Assembly: GCA_963812135.1 (NCBI GenBank)
Contig: CAWETU010000001.1
Span: 1,632,001 to 1,696,000, forward strand
Direction: 5' to 3'
Source: Vulcanimicrobiota bacterium
GTDB taxonomy: Bacteria > Vulcanimicrobiota > Vulcanimicrobiia > Eremiobacterales > Eremiobacteraceae
Length of the DNA stretch: 64,000 nucleotides
This document shows positions 25,679 to 34,805 of this stretch, piece by piece. The first letter of the stretch is position 1; every line of letters begins with the position of its first letter. The notes under the pieces were generated by a model. The model saw nothing but the letters and a program-made list of their open reading frames with translations, was not told where the DNA came from and did no database searches. The translations under genes and the position numbers were made by a program.

Positions 25679-26649
25679 ACGCGTTGGGGCGCGGCGGGCG
25701 TTGCGTGGGTGGAGACGTCGAGCGCCGTTTGTTCGACCGGCGCGGCGTACGCCTCGTACGCCAACAGCACGAGTGTTGCGAAGAGGAGCGCGCCGTTGGC
25801 TTGGTGGACCGAGCGCAGCACCGGTTCGAGACCGGACGCGACTGTCGCCACGCCGAGACCGATCTGCGCGACGGCCAGCCCGAGCGCGATCAACGACAAC
25901 ACGCGGATTCTGGCAGCTGGCGACTTCGCTCCGGCGATCGCGATCACGACTACCGCCGCGAACGCGAGATAGGCAAGCAGGCGATGGCCCATATGGATCT
26001 GCTGCGCGACCGTCTGCGGAGGACCCCAGCCGTTGCAGAGCGGGAAACCCGTGCACGCCAGGCCTGCGTTTGAGGCACTCATGTACCCCGCGGCAAGGAT
26101 CGCGCCCAACGTGATGACCGATGCCGAAAGCGCGAGACGAGCGAATGCGGTCGAGGCGGCCGCTGATGAGAACGCCGCCAGCGACGGGCTTGACGCGCCC
26201 GCGGCAGCGTACCAAACTACGAGCAGGCTCACGAACGTGAGGATGCCGAGTCCGAGATGGGCGGCAACGCTCGGCGGGCTGTTGATGTACTTGATCGTCA
26301 AGGCGCCCACGATGATCTGCGCGACCACGAGTCCGGCCGAGAACCACGAAGCCCTCCACGCTGCTGGCCGCTGATCTCTGGCACGCCACGCAGCGATGAA
26401 TGTCGCGACGATCAGCAATGTGAGGATGGGTGCGCCGAAGCGGTGCGTCCACTCGTAGACGACGCTGCCGTCGAGCGCGGGGAACCAGACGCCGCGGCAA
26501 CGCGGCCAGTCCGGACAGGTCATGCCCGCGCCGTTGATCCGGACGATGCCGCCCCAGACGACGAGGGCAAATGCGAAGATCGCCGCCGATAGGCTGGTGT
26601 AGCGCAGCGTCCGGACGGACGCGCCGGATGCGGCGGCCGAAATGCTCAT
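25675..26649 (-). CDS. ctaA: Heme A synthase (COX15/CtaA family)
   Basis: GMTCPDWPRC, YEWTHR, GLACTGFPLCNG, HMGHR and SVHQANG; start taken at ATG 26649. Confidence 0.92.
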   Translation of the reverse strand: MSISAAASGASVRTLRYTSLSAAIFAFALVVWGGIVRINGAGMTCPDWPRCRGVWFPALDGSVVYEWTHRFGAPILTLLIVATFIAAWRARDQRPAAWRASWFSAGLVVAQIIVGALTIKYINSPPSVAAHLGLGILTFVSLLVVWYAAAGASSPSLAAFSSAAASTAFARLALSASVITLGAILAAGYMSASNAGLACTGFPLCNGWGPPQTVAQQIHMGHRLLAYLAFAAVVVIAIAGAKSPAARIRVLSLIALGLAVAQIGLGVATVASGLEPVLRSVHQANGALLFATLVLLAYEAYAAPVEQTALDVSTHATPAAPQRV

Positions 26650-26759
26650 GGGCCTTCTGCTCTTAAGATGGAATTCAGGCATTTCCTTTCGACGAGCGCG
26701 ACCAATGTAGTAGCCGAGCACCGGAGGGTAACGCTTGCAACCCATCGCAAGCTGTTGAC

Positions 26760-28061
26760 GTGAACTCCATGCATCTGCGCGCACCGGCTCGGTTCGCCGG
26801 GCCGATCACCGTGCCCGGCGACAAGTCGATCTCGCATCGCGTGGTGCTGTTCGCCGCGCTTGCAGCTGGCACCACGCGGGTCCGCAATCTCAATCGCGGC
26901 GAGGACGTGGAGGCGTCGGCGAACGCGCTGCGCTCGCTGGGAATCGATGTCAGCGATGCCGGCGGAGCGGTGTCCGTCACCGGCGCGCGCGAGCTGCGCG
27001 ATCCGAAAGGGACGATCGATTGCGGTAACTCCGGCACGACGATGCGCGTTCTCACCGGGATGCTCGCCGGGCACGTCGACGCGATTCTTGACGGGGACGC
27101 TAGTTTGCGGCGCCGGCCGATGGAGCGGGTCGCGGCGCCGCTGCGCGCGATGGGGGCAGACGTGCGATGCGCGGATGGAGGCACGCCGCCGTTGCGGCTC
27201 GCGCGATCGGCGACGAAGCTGCGCGGCATCGCCCATGACTTGCGGGTCGCATCGGCGCAGGTCAAGACCGCGATCATGCTCGCCGCTCTGGACGCTCGCG
27301 GCGTCACGACGATCGCGAGCCCGCGCCAGAGCCGCGATCACAGCGAGTTGCTGCTTGGCGCGATGGGCGGAGCGCTCACCGTCGATGGCCTGAAGGTGAG
27401 CGTGCGGCCATCCGCATTGCGCGCGATCGAAGACTACGAGGTGCCCGGCGACGTGTCGGCGGCGGGCTATTTCGTCGCCGCGGCGACATGTCTGCCGGGC
27501 AGCCGCATCTCCATTCTCGGCGTGGGGATCAATCCGACGCGAACGGCTGCGCTCGACGTGCTGCGCGACATGGGTGCGCACATCGGCATCCGAGGTTTGC
27601 GCGTGGTGCACGGCGAGCCGGTCGCCGACATCGAGGTCTCGTCCGCTTCGCCCTTGCGCAACGTCGAGCTGGATCCTGAACGCATCCCTAACCTGATCGA
27701 TGAGATACCATTGCTGTGCGCCGTGGCAGCGACTGCGCAGGGTTCCTTCACGGTTCGCGGGGCGCAAGAGCTACGCGCTAAGGAGTCCGACAGGATCGCG
27801 TCCACGATCGAGCTGCTGCGAGCGTTCGGCGTCGCGGTCACCGAGTTGCCGGACGGCATCGCGGTGCGCGGCGGCCGGCCATTGCGGCCGCCGCAGCGCA
27901 TCTCGACCGGCGGCGATCATCGCATCGGCATGACGGCGGCCGTGCTTGCGGCCGCGGCGAAAGCGGCGATCACGATCGACGATGACGGCTGCATCGCCAC
28001 ATCGTTCCCGGGTTTCGAAGCCGCGTGGCACGCGGCATTCGCGCAACCGGTCGCCTCATAG
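26760..28061 (+). CDS. aroA: 3-phosphoshikimate 1-carboxyvinyltransferase (EPSP synthase)
   Basis: PGDKSISHR, DCGNSGTTMR, SAQVK, KESDRI and DHRIGM. Start at 26760 or 26769. Confidence 0.96.
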   Translation: MNSMHLRAPARFAGPITVPGDKSISHRVVLFAALAAGTTRVRNLNRGEDVEASANALRSLGIDVSDAGGAVSVTGARELRDPKGTIDCGNSGTTMRVLTGMLAGHVDAILDGDASLRRRPMERVAAPLRAMGADVRCADGGTPPLRLARSATKLRGIAHDLRVASAQVKTAIMLAALDARGVTTIASPRQSRDHSELLLGAMGGALTVDGLKVSVRPSALRAIEDYEVPGDVSAAGYFVAAATCLPGSRISILGVGINPTRTAALDVLRDMGAHIGIRGLRVVHGEPVADIEVSSASPLRNVELDPERIPNLIDEIPLLCAVAATAQGSFTVRGAQELRAKESDRIASTIELLRAFGVAVTELPDGIAVRGGRPLRPPQRISTGGDHRIGMTAAVLAAAAKAAITIDDDGCIATSFPGFEAAWHAAFAQPVAS

Positions 28062-28156
28062 CACCGGCGTGGTGGCCGGGCGGCCAAGAGAATCGACGCA
28101 CGCTCATCCATTCGTCGCAAGGCGGGCCGCTTACGGCGCGTGCAAATAGTCCGCCC

Positions 28157-29008
28157 ATGACGGAATCGCTGTACTTCCTCATGTGCAAGCCCAAGCACTT
28201 CGACGTCTCGTACGTCATCAACCCCTGGATGCAGGGGAACGTCGCTCAAACCTCTCGCGATCGCGCCACCAGCCAGTGGCGCGATCTGCTTTCCGCCATC
28301 ATGACGCGCGCGCGCGTGGAGCTCGTCGATCCGCAACCTGGCCTGCCCGACATGGTGTTCACCGCGAACGCGGGCTTTGTGCTTGACGACGTCGCGGTGG
28401 TGAGCCGTTTTCGTCACCAAGAGCGCCAAGGTGAGGAGCCCCACTTCGAGCAGTGGTTCCGGTCGCGGCGCTTCTCTGTGCTCACCCTGCCCGCAGACTT
28501 GCCGTTTGAAGGCGCGGGCGACGCCTTGATCGACCGCGGGAGCCCGCGCGTCTGGGCCGCATGGGGACATCGCTCGGCCCGCGCGTCGCACGATCTGTTG
28601 CGCAAGTACCTGGGCGTCGAAGTCGCTTCGGTGCGCTTGGTGGATCCGCGCTTCTACCATCTCGACACGTGTTTTTGCCCGCTGGACGGCGGCTATGTCA
28701 TGTACTATCCGCCAGCCTTCGACGCCGAATCCAACCGGATCATCGAACGACTAGTGCCGCCTGCGCTGCGCATCGCGATCGACGAACCCGATGCGCTCTT
28801 TTTCGCGTGCAACGCCGTCAATATCGGCAGCACGGTGATCTTGAATAAGGCGACGCCGAAGTTGCAGCAGCGCTTAGCCGCCCATGGCTTTGAACTGATC
28901 GAGACGGAGCTCAGCGAGTTCCTGAAATCGGGCGGCGCGGCCAAATGCTTGACGCTGCGCCTTAACGAGCCTCGCAGCCGGTCGTGGGTCGCGACCCGGT
29001 CAGCTTGA
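28157..29008 (+). CDS. Amidinotransferase superfamily protein (dimethylargininase/arginine dihydrolase-like)
   Basis: YVINPWM, LPDMVFTANAG, FEGAGD, FYHLDTCF and GGAAKCLT. Confidence 0.9.
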   Translation: MTESLYFLMCKPKHFDVSYVINPWMQGNVAQTSRDRATSQWRDLLSAIMTRARVELVDPQPGLPDMVFTANAGFVLDDVAVVSRFRHQERQGEEPHFEQWFRSRRFSVLTLPADLPFEGAGDALIDRGSPRVWAAWGHRSARASHDLLRKYLGVEVASVRLVDPRFYHLDTCFCPLDGGYVMYYPPAFDAESNRIIERLVPPALRIAIDEPDALFFACNAVNIGSTVILNKATPKLQQRLAAHGFELIETELSEFLKSGGAAKCLTLRLNEPRSRSWVATRSA

Positions 29009-29009
29009 G

Positions 29010-29039
29010 GCGCGGTCGAATAAATTCGACCGCTACATC
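29010..29039. repeat. REP-like palindrome family A (GTAG-type)
   Basis: GCGCGGTCGAATAAATTCGACCGCTACATC between convergent stops; its GTAG supplies the TAG stop of the 29033 ORF. Confidence 0.85.
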
Positions 29040-29386
29040 TTTTGGGCGAGCACGCCGGCGAGCCACGGCAGCCCGGCGCGCAGCACTGCCTCGGTCGCAT
29101 TTGACGACACGCGCACGATCGCGCCGAGCTCTTCGACGGCCATCGCGATCTTGGCAAATGCCGGACCCAGACGCCGCGCATCATCCTGAATGCGCTCGAT
29201 TGCGGTAGTCAGCCTGCGCGCGACTTCGATCTGATGGTTACGCCATTCCGCCTCGAACATCGGATGGGAACGCAGCTTCTGTGCAGCGTGAGCGAAGCTG
29301 CGCAGCCGCAGCGCGAAGAGGACCGCGACCGCGACCAGCGAGAGGATGCCGATCAACACGAGCGTGATTCCAAGCGCGTGGAACAT
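29033..29386 (-). CDS. Hypothetical protein with N-terminal TM helix and helical domain
   Basis: 117-aa ORF starting 2 nt after the stop of the FmdB-like gene. Confidence 0.65.
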   Translation of the reverse strand: MFHALGITLVLIGILSLVAVAVLFALRLRSFAHAAQKLRSHPMFEAEWRNHQIEVARRLTTAIERIQDDARRLGPAFAKIAMAVEELGAIVRVSSNATEAVLRAGLPWLAGVLAQKM

Positions 29387-29388
29387 CG

Positions 29389-29739
29389 TTAGCTCGACCC
29401 CGTTGGTTTCGGATCTGATTTCGGAGGCGCCGCAGCCGGCGCAGCGGGTTTGGTCTCCGTCTTCGAGGACTCCGCCGGCTTACTTGCCGGTGCGCTCTCC
29501 GACGTGCCGGCGGCCGGCGCGCTAGAATCAGTCTTCCCACTCGGTTCGGGTTTTCTACCCGAGCCATCGTAGTCGGTCTTGTGAAAGCCGGAGCCCTTGA
29601 ACACGACCCCCACGGGATGAAACACGCGCACCAGCTGACCACCGCACGACGGGCACGTGGTCGGCCGGGGGTCGTTGAAGCCTTGCGTTATCTCATGAGT
29701 CGTGCCGCATTGCTTGCAGCGGTAGTCGTATGTCGGCAT
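29389..29739 (-). CDS. FmdB-family zinc-ribbon protein
   Basis: MPTYDYRCKQCG...CPSCGG...FKGSGFHKTDY followed by a low-complexity tail. Confidence 0.93.
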   Translation of the reverse strand: MPTYDYRCKQCGTTHEITQGFNDPRPTTCPSCGGQLVRVFHPVGVVFKGSGFHKTDYDGSGRKPEPSGKTDSSAPAAGTSESAPASKPAESSKTETKPAAPAAAPPKSDPKPTGSS

Positions 29740-30230
29740 CAGGCGAGAAGCGGTTCATTTGCGCTCCCCGTCATGCGCTCCTCGCCGCCCTCGAGCGCGA
29801 TCTGTAAGCCCAGCAACGACCGCCGTACGTCGTGCGCGAGCGCGCGCCGGACGAAAAGCGCGTCGCGTAGCGCTCCGAGCGCACCGCCGTACACCGGATA
29901 ACCGACCGAGCAGTGGACGCGCGTGCCGCTGCGCCGCTGTTCGAATCGGAATTCGATCCGCCGGGCCGCAGAGAGGCTGCCTTCGAGCCACAGGAAGGCG
30001 TTGGGCACGATGCGGATGACGTCGAAGAGCTCGCGCCAACGCCGGCGCCCGCGCTGCATGCAGATCTCGATTTCTTGATCGCGCACCAGGTCGCCATGCG
30101 CCTGACCGTTACGTTGCGCCGACACGACGAACGTGAGCCACAGCGGCCAGTGCGTCAGATCGGAAACGAAGTCGAACACCCGGTTGACGGGCAGCTCGAC
30201 GTCGATGCATTCGCTGCAGATCGCTTTCAT
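29739..30230 (-). CDS. SRPBCC/polyketide-cyclase-like protein
   Basis: IDVELPVNRVFDFVSDLTHWPLW pattern; start taken at ATG 30230. Confidence 0.8.
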   Translation of the reverse strand: MKAICSECIDVELPVNRVFDFVSDLTHWPLWLTFVVSAQRNGQAHGDLVRDQEIEICMQRGRRRWRELFDVIRIVPNAFLWLEGSLSAARRIEFRFEQRRSGTRVHCSVGYPVYGGALGALRDALFVRRALAHDVRRSLLGLQIALEGGEERMTGSANEPLLA

Positions 30231-30271
30231 CGAGGAACCTCCAGATGCGCCCGGAAAGGGTGCCGCACGAT

Positions 30272-30703
30272 ATGTTTCGCGTCCGCGTCGCCGCGCTGTG
30301 CATCGATGCCGGCCGGATCTTGCTCGCCAAGCACGTGCGCGGCCCGCACGTCGCGTACTTGTTGCCGGGAGGCGGCATCGAGCCGGGCGAGAGCGCCACG
30401 ACGGCGCTGAGAAGAGAACTGGACGAGGAGGCCGGGGTCGACTGCGAGACCGGCGCGCTGCGCTACCTCGTCGAGACGCTCGCGCCAAACGGCGCGCGCC
30501 ACCTCATCCAGCTCGTCTTCAGCGCCGCGCTGCGTGGCACGCTCGGGCCGTCGCGGGATCCACGCGTCGCGGAGTGCGCGTGGCACCCGATCGCCGACCT
30601 GCGCAGCTTGCCCATCTACCCGGACACCGGAGCGCAGCTCGCCGGCGACTTGGAGCATCCCGTCGCCGGCTGCCGATACCTCCACGTCGCGTGGAGGCCG
30701 TAA
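30272..30703 (+). CDS. NUDIX hydrolase
   Basis: Nudix box PGGGIEPGESATTALRRELDEEAG. Confidence 0.88.
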   Translation: MFRVRVAALCIDAGRILLAKHVRGPHVAYLLPGGGIEPGESATTALRRELDEEAGVDCETGALRYLVETLAPNGARHLIQLVFSAALRGTLGPSRDPRVAECAWHPIADLRSLPIYPDTGAQLAGDLEHPVAGCRYLHVAWRP

Positions 30704-30708
30704 CATGT

Positions 30709-31773
30709 CTACCTGCTGTACCTCAGGAACGCAGGGACTTCGATCTCGTCCATGTTCACCGGCTTGACCTTCTCGATCTCGCCCACGCCGATGACGCGTT
30801 GCTTCTCACGTGCGCGCGACCCGAATCCGGTGGCCAGCACCGTGACGCGGACCTCGCTGTTCATGTTCTCCTCGATCGTCGCGCCGAAGATCACCTCCGC
30901 GTCCGGATCGACCGCCTTGCTGATCAGCTCGGCCGCTTCGTTGACCTCGTACATCGATAGATCCGGTCCGCCGTAGATGTTGAAGATCACGCCGCGCGCG
31001 CCGTCGATCGTCGCCTCGAGCAGCGGGCTCGAGATCGCCTTTTGCGCCGCATCAGCCGCGCGGTTCTCACCCGATGCCTTGCCGATCCCCATGAGAGCGG
31101 ATCCGGCGTCGGTCATGACGCGCCGCACATCGGCGAAGTCGAGGTTGATCAATCCCGGCTGCGTGATGAGATCGGTGATGCCCTGGATGCCCTGGCGCAA
31201 GACGTCGTCAGCGCTTTTGAACGCTTCGGTGAGCGGCGTGCGCTTCTCGATGATGGACAGCAGCCGGTCGTTGGGGATGACGATCAGCGTGTCGACCTTC
31301 TGCTCGAGATCCGAGATGCCGCGCTCGGCGATCTGCGCGCGCTTGCGCAGCTCGAATCCGAATGGTTTGGTCACGACGCCGACGGTGAGCGCGCCCGCCG
31401 TGCGCGCCATCTCCGCCACGATCGGCGATGCACCGGTGCCGGTGCCGCCGCCCATGCCGGCGGCGATGAACACCAAGTCGGCGCCCTCGACGAGCATGGC
31501 GACGTCTTCTTTTGATTCTTCGGCGGCCTGACGCCCGATCTCCGGATCGGCGCCCGCCCCCAAGCCGCGCGTCAGATTCTGGCCGATCTGCAGCGTGTTC
31601 TCGGCGCGTGAGTTCTTGAGCGCCTGCACGTCCGTGTTGATCGAGTAGAACTCGGCGCCCCGGATGCCTGAATCGACCATCCGGTTGATCGCGTTGCAGC
31701 CGGCCCCACCGACGCCGATCACCTTGATGCTCGCCATGTGCTCCGGCACGTAGCGCCGCGGATTTTCCGTCAT
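30709..31773 (-). CDS. ftsZ: Cell division protein FtsZ
   Basis: [30 protein letters not shown] and C-terminal IEVPAFLR. Confidence 0.98.
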   Translation of the reverse strand: MTENPRRYVPEHMASIKVIGVGGAGCNAINRMVDSGIRGAEFYSINTDVQALKNSRAENTLQIGQNLTRGLGAGADPEIGRQAAEESKEDVAMLVEGADLVFIAAGMGGGTGTGASPIVAEMARTAGALTVGVVTKPFGFELRKRAQIAERGISDLEQKVDTLIVIPNDRLLSIIEKRTPLTEAFKSADDVLRQGIQGITDLITQPGLINLDFADVRRVMTDAGSALMGIGKASGENRAADAAQKAISSPLLEATIDGARGVIFNIYGGPDLSMYEVNEAAELISKAVDPDAEVIFGATIEENMNSEVRVTVLATGFGSRAREKQRVIGVGEIEKVKPVNMDEIEVPAFLRYSR

Positions 31774-31790
31774 TCCCCTATCCCCCTGGC

Positions 31791-33020
31791 CTAAAGCCTG
31801 AAGACTTGGCCCACCCACGTCGTGACACGCGACCATGTGCCACGACCATTCGTGCGCTCCGGTTTGCCGCCGCCGTCGCCGGCGGCGCCGAAAAGCACGA
31901 GCCCGACCGCGGTGGCATACGCCGGGTTCTTGATGGTCTCTGTGAGGCCGCCGACGTGCATCGGGTGACCGATGCGCGCCGGCAAATCGAAGTAGTCCGA
32001 AGCGAGCGCGTCCAGACCGCCCAGCTGCGAGCCGCCGCCCGTGAGCACGAGTTCAGCGAGCATTACTTCGGGCGGGCAGTTCTCGGCGAGGTTGGCGCGC
32101 ACGAGTTTGAAGATCTCCGTCATGCGCGCGATGATGATCTGGCGCAAGAAGTGCTTCGATGCGCCGCGGCTGGTCCGGCCCGAGAGCGACTTGACTTCGA
32201 ACGTCTGCTGGTCGAGATCGAGCGTGAGATCGGCCGTGCCGTAGACGTGCTTGATGTTCTCGGCTTCTTGGAAGCTCGTCTTGAGGCCGAGCGCGATGTC
32301 GTTGGTGACGATGTTGCCGCCGACGGGCACTGTCCACGTGTGATAGACGCCGCCGCCCCAGTAGACGGCGAGATCCGTCGTGCCGCCGCCGATGTCGAGC
32401 AAGGCGACGCCCGCGTTGCGCTCTTCTGACAACAGTACGGCCGCGCCCGATGCGAGCGGTTCGAAGACGACGCCTGCCGGCTCGACGCCGGCGCGGTGCA
32501 CGCACTTGAGCACGTTGGTGACGAACGAGGTGCCGGCAGTCACGACGTGCGTGTCGACTTCGAGCCTGCCGCCCGCCATGCCGATTGGATCGGTGATGCC
32601 GTTCTGTCCGTCGACCGCGAATTCGCGCGGCAACGTGTGGATGATCTGCCGGTCGGGCGGCACGTTGATGATGGTGCTCGCGTCGACGACGCGTTTCACG
32701 TCGAGCCCCGCGACCTCGCGCTCGTCACCGCCGACCGCGATGATGCCGTGCGTGTTCTGCGAGCGCACGTGTTCGCCGGTCACGCCGACATACGCCGAGG
32801 CGATGCTCACGCCCGCCATGCGCTCGGCGGTTTCGATGGCGGCTTCGATCGACTTGACGGTCTCTTCGAGGTCGGTGACGACGCCTTTGCGCAATCCAAG
32901 CGAGGGCGCGACGCCGAAGCCGATGATATCCATCGCGCCTTCGCGGCTTGCGCTCGCGATGACGACCGCCGTCTTCGTCGTGCCGATGTCGAGACCGGCG
33001 ATGATGTCGTTACGCGCCAA
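31791..33020 (-). CDS. ftsA: Cell division protein FtsA
   Basis: [39 protein letters not shown] and YATAVGL. Confidence 0.97.
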   Translation of the reverse strand: MARNDIIAGLDIGTTKTAVVIASASREGAMDIIGFGVAPSLGLRKGVVTDLEETVKSIEAAIETAERMAGVSIASAYVGVTGEHVRSQNTHGIIAVGGDEREVAGLDVKRVVDASTIINVPPDRQIIHTLPREFAVDGQNGITDPIGMAGGRLEVDTHVVTAGTSFVTNVLKCVHRAGVEPAGVVFEPLASGAAVLLSEERNAGVALLDIGGGTTDLAVYWGGGVYHTWTVPVGGNIVTNDIALGLKTSFQEAENIKHVYGTADLTLDLDQQTFEVKSLSGRTSRGASKHFLRQIIIARMTEIFKLVRANLAENCPPEVMLAELVLTGGGSQLGGLDALASDYFDLPARIGHPMHVGGLTETIKNPAYATAVGLVLFGAAGDGGGKPERTNGRGTWSRVTTWVGQVFRL

Positions 33021-33034
33021 GAAATGTCCTCATC

Positions 33035-33099
33035 TTCTCCACAGGACCGCTGCGGTTGTGCACAGGCGCGGGCCGATTGTGCACACGGCATGTGGATAA
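33035..33099. promoter_or_regulatory. Cluster of four DnaA boxes
   Basis: TTCTCCACA (33035), TTGTGCACA (33056), TTGTGCACA (33077) and perfect reverse TGTGGATAA (33091). Confidence 0.75.
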
Positions 33100-33118
33100 C
33101 CTCGCCATACAACGCAGT

Positions 33119-33138
33119 CGGCGACCCGAAGGTCGCCG
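33119..33138 (-). other. Stable C(UUCG)G hairpin in the ftsQ-ftsA spacer
   Basis: CGGCGACC-TTCG-GGTCGCCG on the minus strand. Confidence 0.6.
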
Positions 33139-33202
33139 CACGCGTCGTCTAAGAACGCATTCCAAGCGGAAAACGAGTTCCCTCTTTTGTTTGCATTATT
33201 TT

Positions 33203-33982
33203 TCATCGCCGATATTGCACCGTCGGCGCCGCGATACTGCGCACGTCGACATATTCGACGGCATCGGGCTGCGCGATCCGTTTGCGGATCGCGTCGTACA
33301 GCGCGACCTTGCGCGCGAGATCGTCGAGATCCCCGAACACGACGCGCAGATTTGCATCTGTGAACGCGCTGATGCCCATCACCGGCTCGGTTTGTATTTC
33401 CGTCACGTGGACGCCGAGCGCGGTGAGCGCCTTCGCGGCGGCCAGCGCGTCTCCGACCGCCGTCGCGGCGAGCAGCGTCCCTGCGGTGCCGGCCCCGGGC
33501 GGCAGCGGGTGGACCGCAAGCACCGGCAACGTCTGATCCGCGTTGTCGTCCGCGTCGCCGAGCGCGCGTGCGTCGGCGTCGATCAGCATGTAAGGTTGCG
33601 CCGCCAGCGCGACGCGCGCCGCTGGTACCCGCTCGGTCACCACGATCGCCACTTGATTCGGCCAACCGCGCTCGATCGTGGCGGATGCGATCCAAGGCAT
33701 TCCTTCGATCCGGCGTCGCGACGCAGCTGTGTTCAGCAGCCAGATGTTGCGGCCGGCGGGCAATGCCGCTGCGGCCAGGATGTCGCCAGTGTTGGCGCGG
33801 TGCGCGCCGCGCACGCCGACGTCAGCCAGCGCGAAGCGCGGATCGGCGGCGGCCACCACGGCTACGTAGCCGATGGCGCCGGCGGCGAGGATGATGAGCA
33901 GCGCGAGTCCCAGGCGGCGCGCAGCGCCCGCGCGACCGGGCGCCGCTCGTCGTCGAGCTGCCGTTGCGTTCGCGTTAGCCAA
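33203..33982 (-). CDS. ftsQ: Cell division protein FtsQ/DivIB
   Basis: Single TM, POTRA domain (PWIASATIERGWPNQVAIVVTER), C-terminal YVDVR, position upstream of ftsA. Confidence 0.88.
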   Translation of the reverse strand: MANANATAARRRAAPGRAGAARRLGLALLIILAAGAIGYVAVVAAADPRFALADVGVRGAHRANTGDILAAAALPAGRNIWLLNTAASRRRIEGMPWIASATIERGWPNQVAIVVTERVPAARVALAAQPYMLIDADARALGDADDNADQTLPVLAVHPLPPGAGTAGTLLAATAVGDALAAAKALTALGVHVTEIQTEPVMGISAFTDANLRVVFGDLDDLARKVALYDAIRKRIAQPDAVEYVDVRSIAAPTVQYRR

Positions 33983-34805
33983 CGGCTTGGCCGTTCATGA
34001 GCAACTGGAGCGCCTCGGCGACACCCCCGCGGTCTTGAGCGCCAACCACCCGCTGCGCCGCGGCGCGCGCCGCCGGCGACGCGTTTGCGACCGCGAACGA
34101 GTGCCCCGCCGCTTGGAACATCGGCACGTCATTGTCCGAGTCGCCGATCGCCGCGAGGTCGTCCATTCCAAGACCCATGGATTTCGCAAGCCAGGTGAGC
34201 GCGTGCCCCTTGGTCGCCGCCGGATCGGTTACCTCAAGGAACTCCGGCATGCTCTTGAACACGAGCGCGGAGTCCCCAAGTTCATCTGCCAGTTTGGGGA
34301 TGTGGTCGGCCACATGCGCGGGCGTGTCGATGCCGAGAACCTTCATCGGACCGATGTCCCCGGGCGGCGATCCGTCGAGCAGCGCGCGCAAATCGTCGAC
34401 CATCACCGGCTCGACACGCGACAGCGCGAGATAATGCCGCGCGCGATCGTCGAGCTCGTCAAGGTACAGGCGGTCGCCGAAATACAGCTGCAGGTGAAAG
34501 CCATCGCTTTTAAGATCGTCGTACGCCCGCAACGCGGTCGCCGCTTGCATCGGCACTGCGCTCAGCATCGCAGCGCTGGCAGCGTCGTAGATCGCGGCGC
34601 CGTTGAGCACGATGATCGGGCCGGGCAACCCGAGCTCGCTCGCGAACGGCCGCGCGGCGGAGAACATTCGCCCGGTCGCAAGCACGATCGTGCTGCCTGC
34701 AGCCGCGGCCGCGCCAATGGCCTCGCGATCCCGCTCGCTGATGAGAAGCGAGGGGCCGACAAGCGTGCCGTCGAGATCGATCGCGATCAGGCCGGGCGGC
34801 TTCAC
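33975..34805 (-). CDS. Cof-type HAD-IIB hydrolase
   Basis: DLDGTL, LATGR, TKGHAL and GDSDNDVPMF. Confidence 0.93.
   Translation of the reverse strand: MKPPGLIAIDLDGTLVGPSLLISERDREAIGAAAAAGSTIVLATGRMFSAARPFASELGLPGPIIVLNGAAIYDAASAAMLSAVPMQAATALRAYDDLKSDGFHLQLYFGDRLYLDELDDRARHYLALSRVEPVMVDDLRALLDGSPPGDIGPMKVLGIDTPAHVADHIPKLADELGDSALVFKSMPEFLEVTDPAATKGHALTWLAKSMGLGMDDLAAIGDSDNDVPMFQAAGHSFAVANASPAARAAAQRVVGAQDRGGVAEALQLLMNGQAVG

Noticed and set aside
33021..33202. oriC at the DnaA-box cluster
   Set aside because: No dnaA or dnaN nearby, only four boxes and no clear DnaA-trio run. The ribosomal superoperon to the right would be transcribed head-on to a fork starting here. Whole-genome GC skew would settle it.
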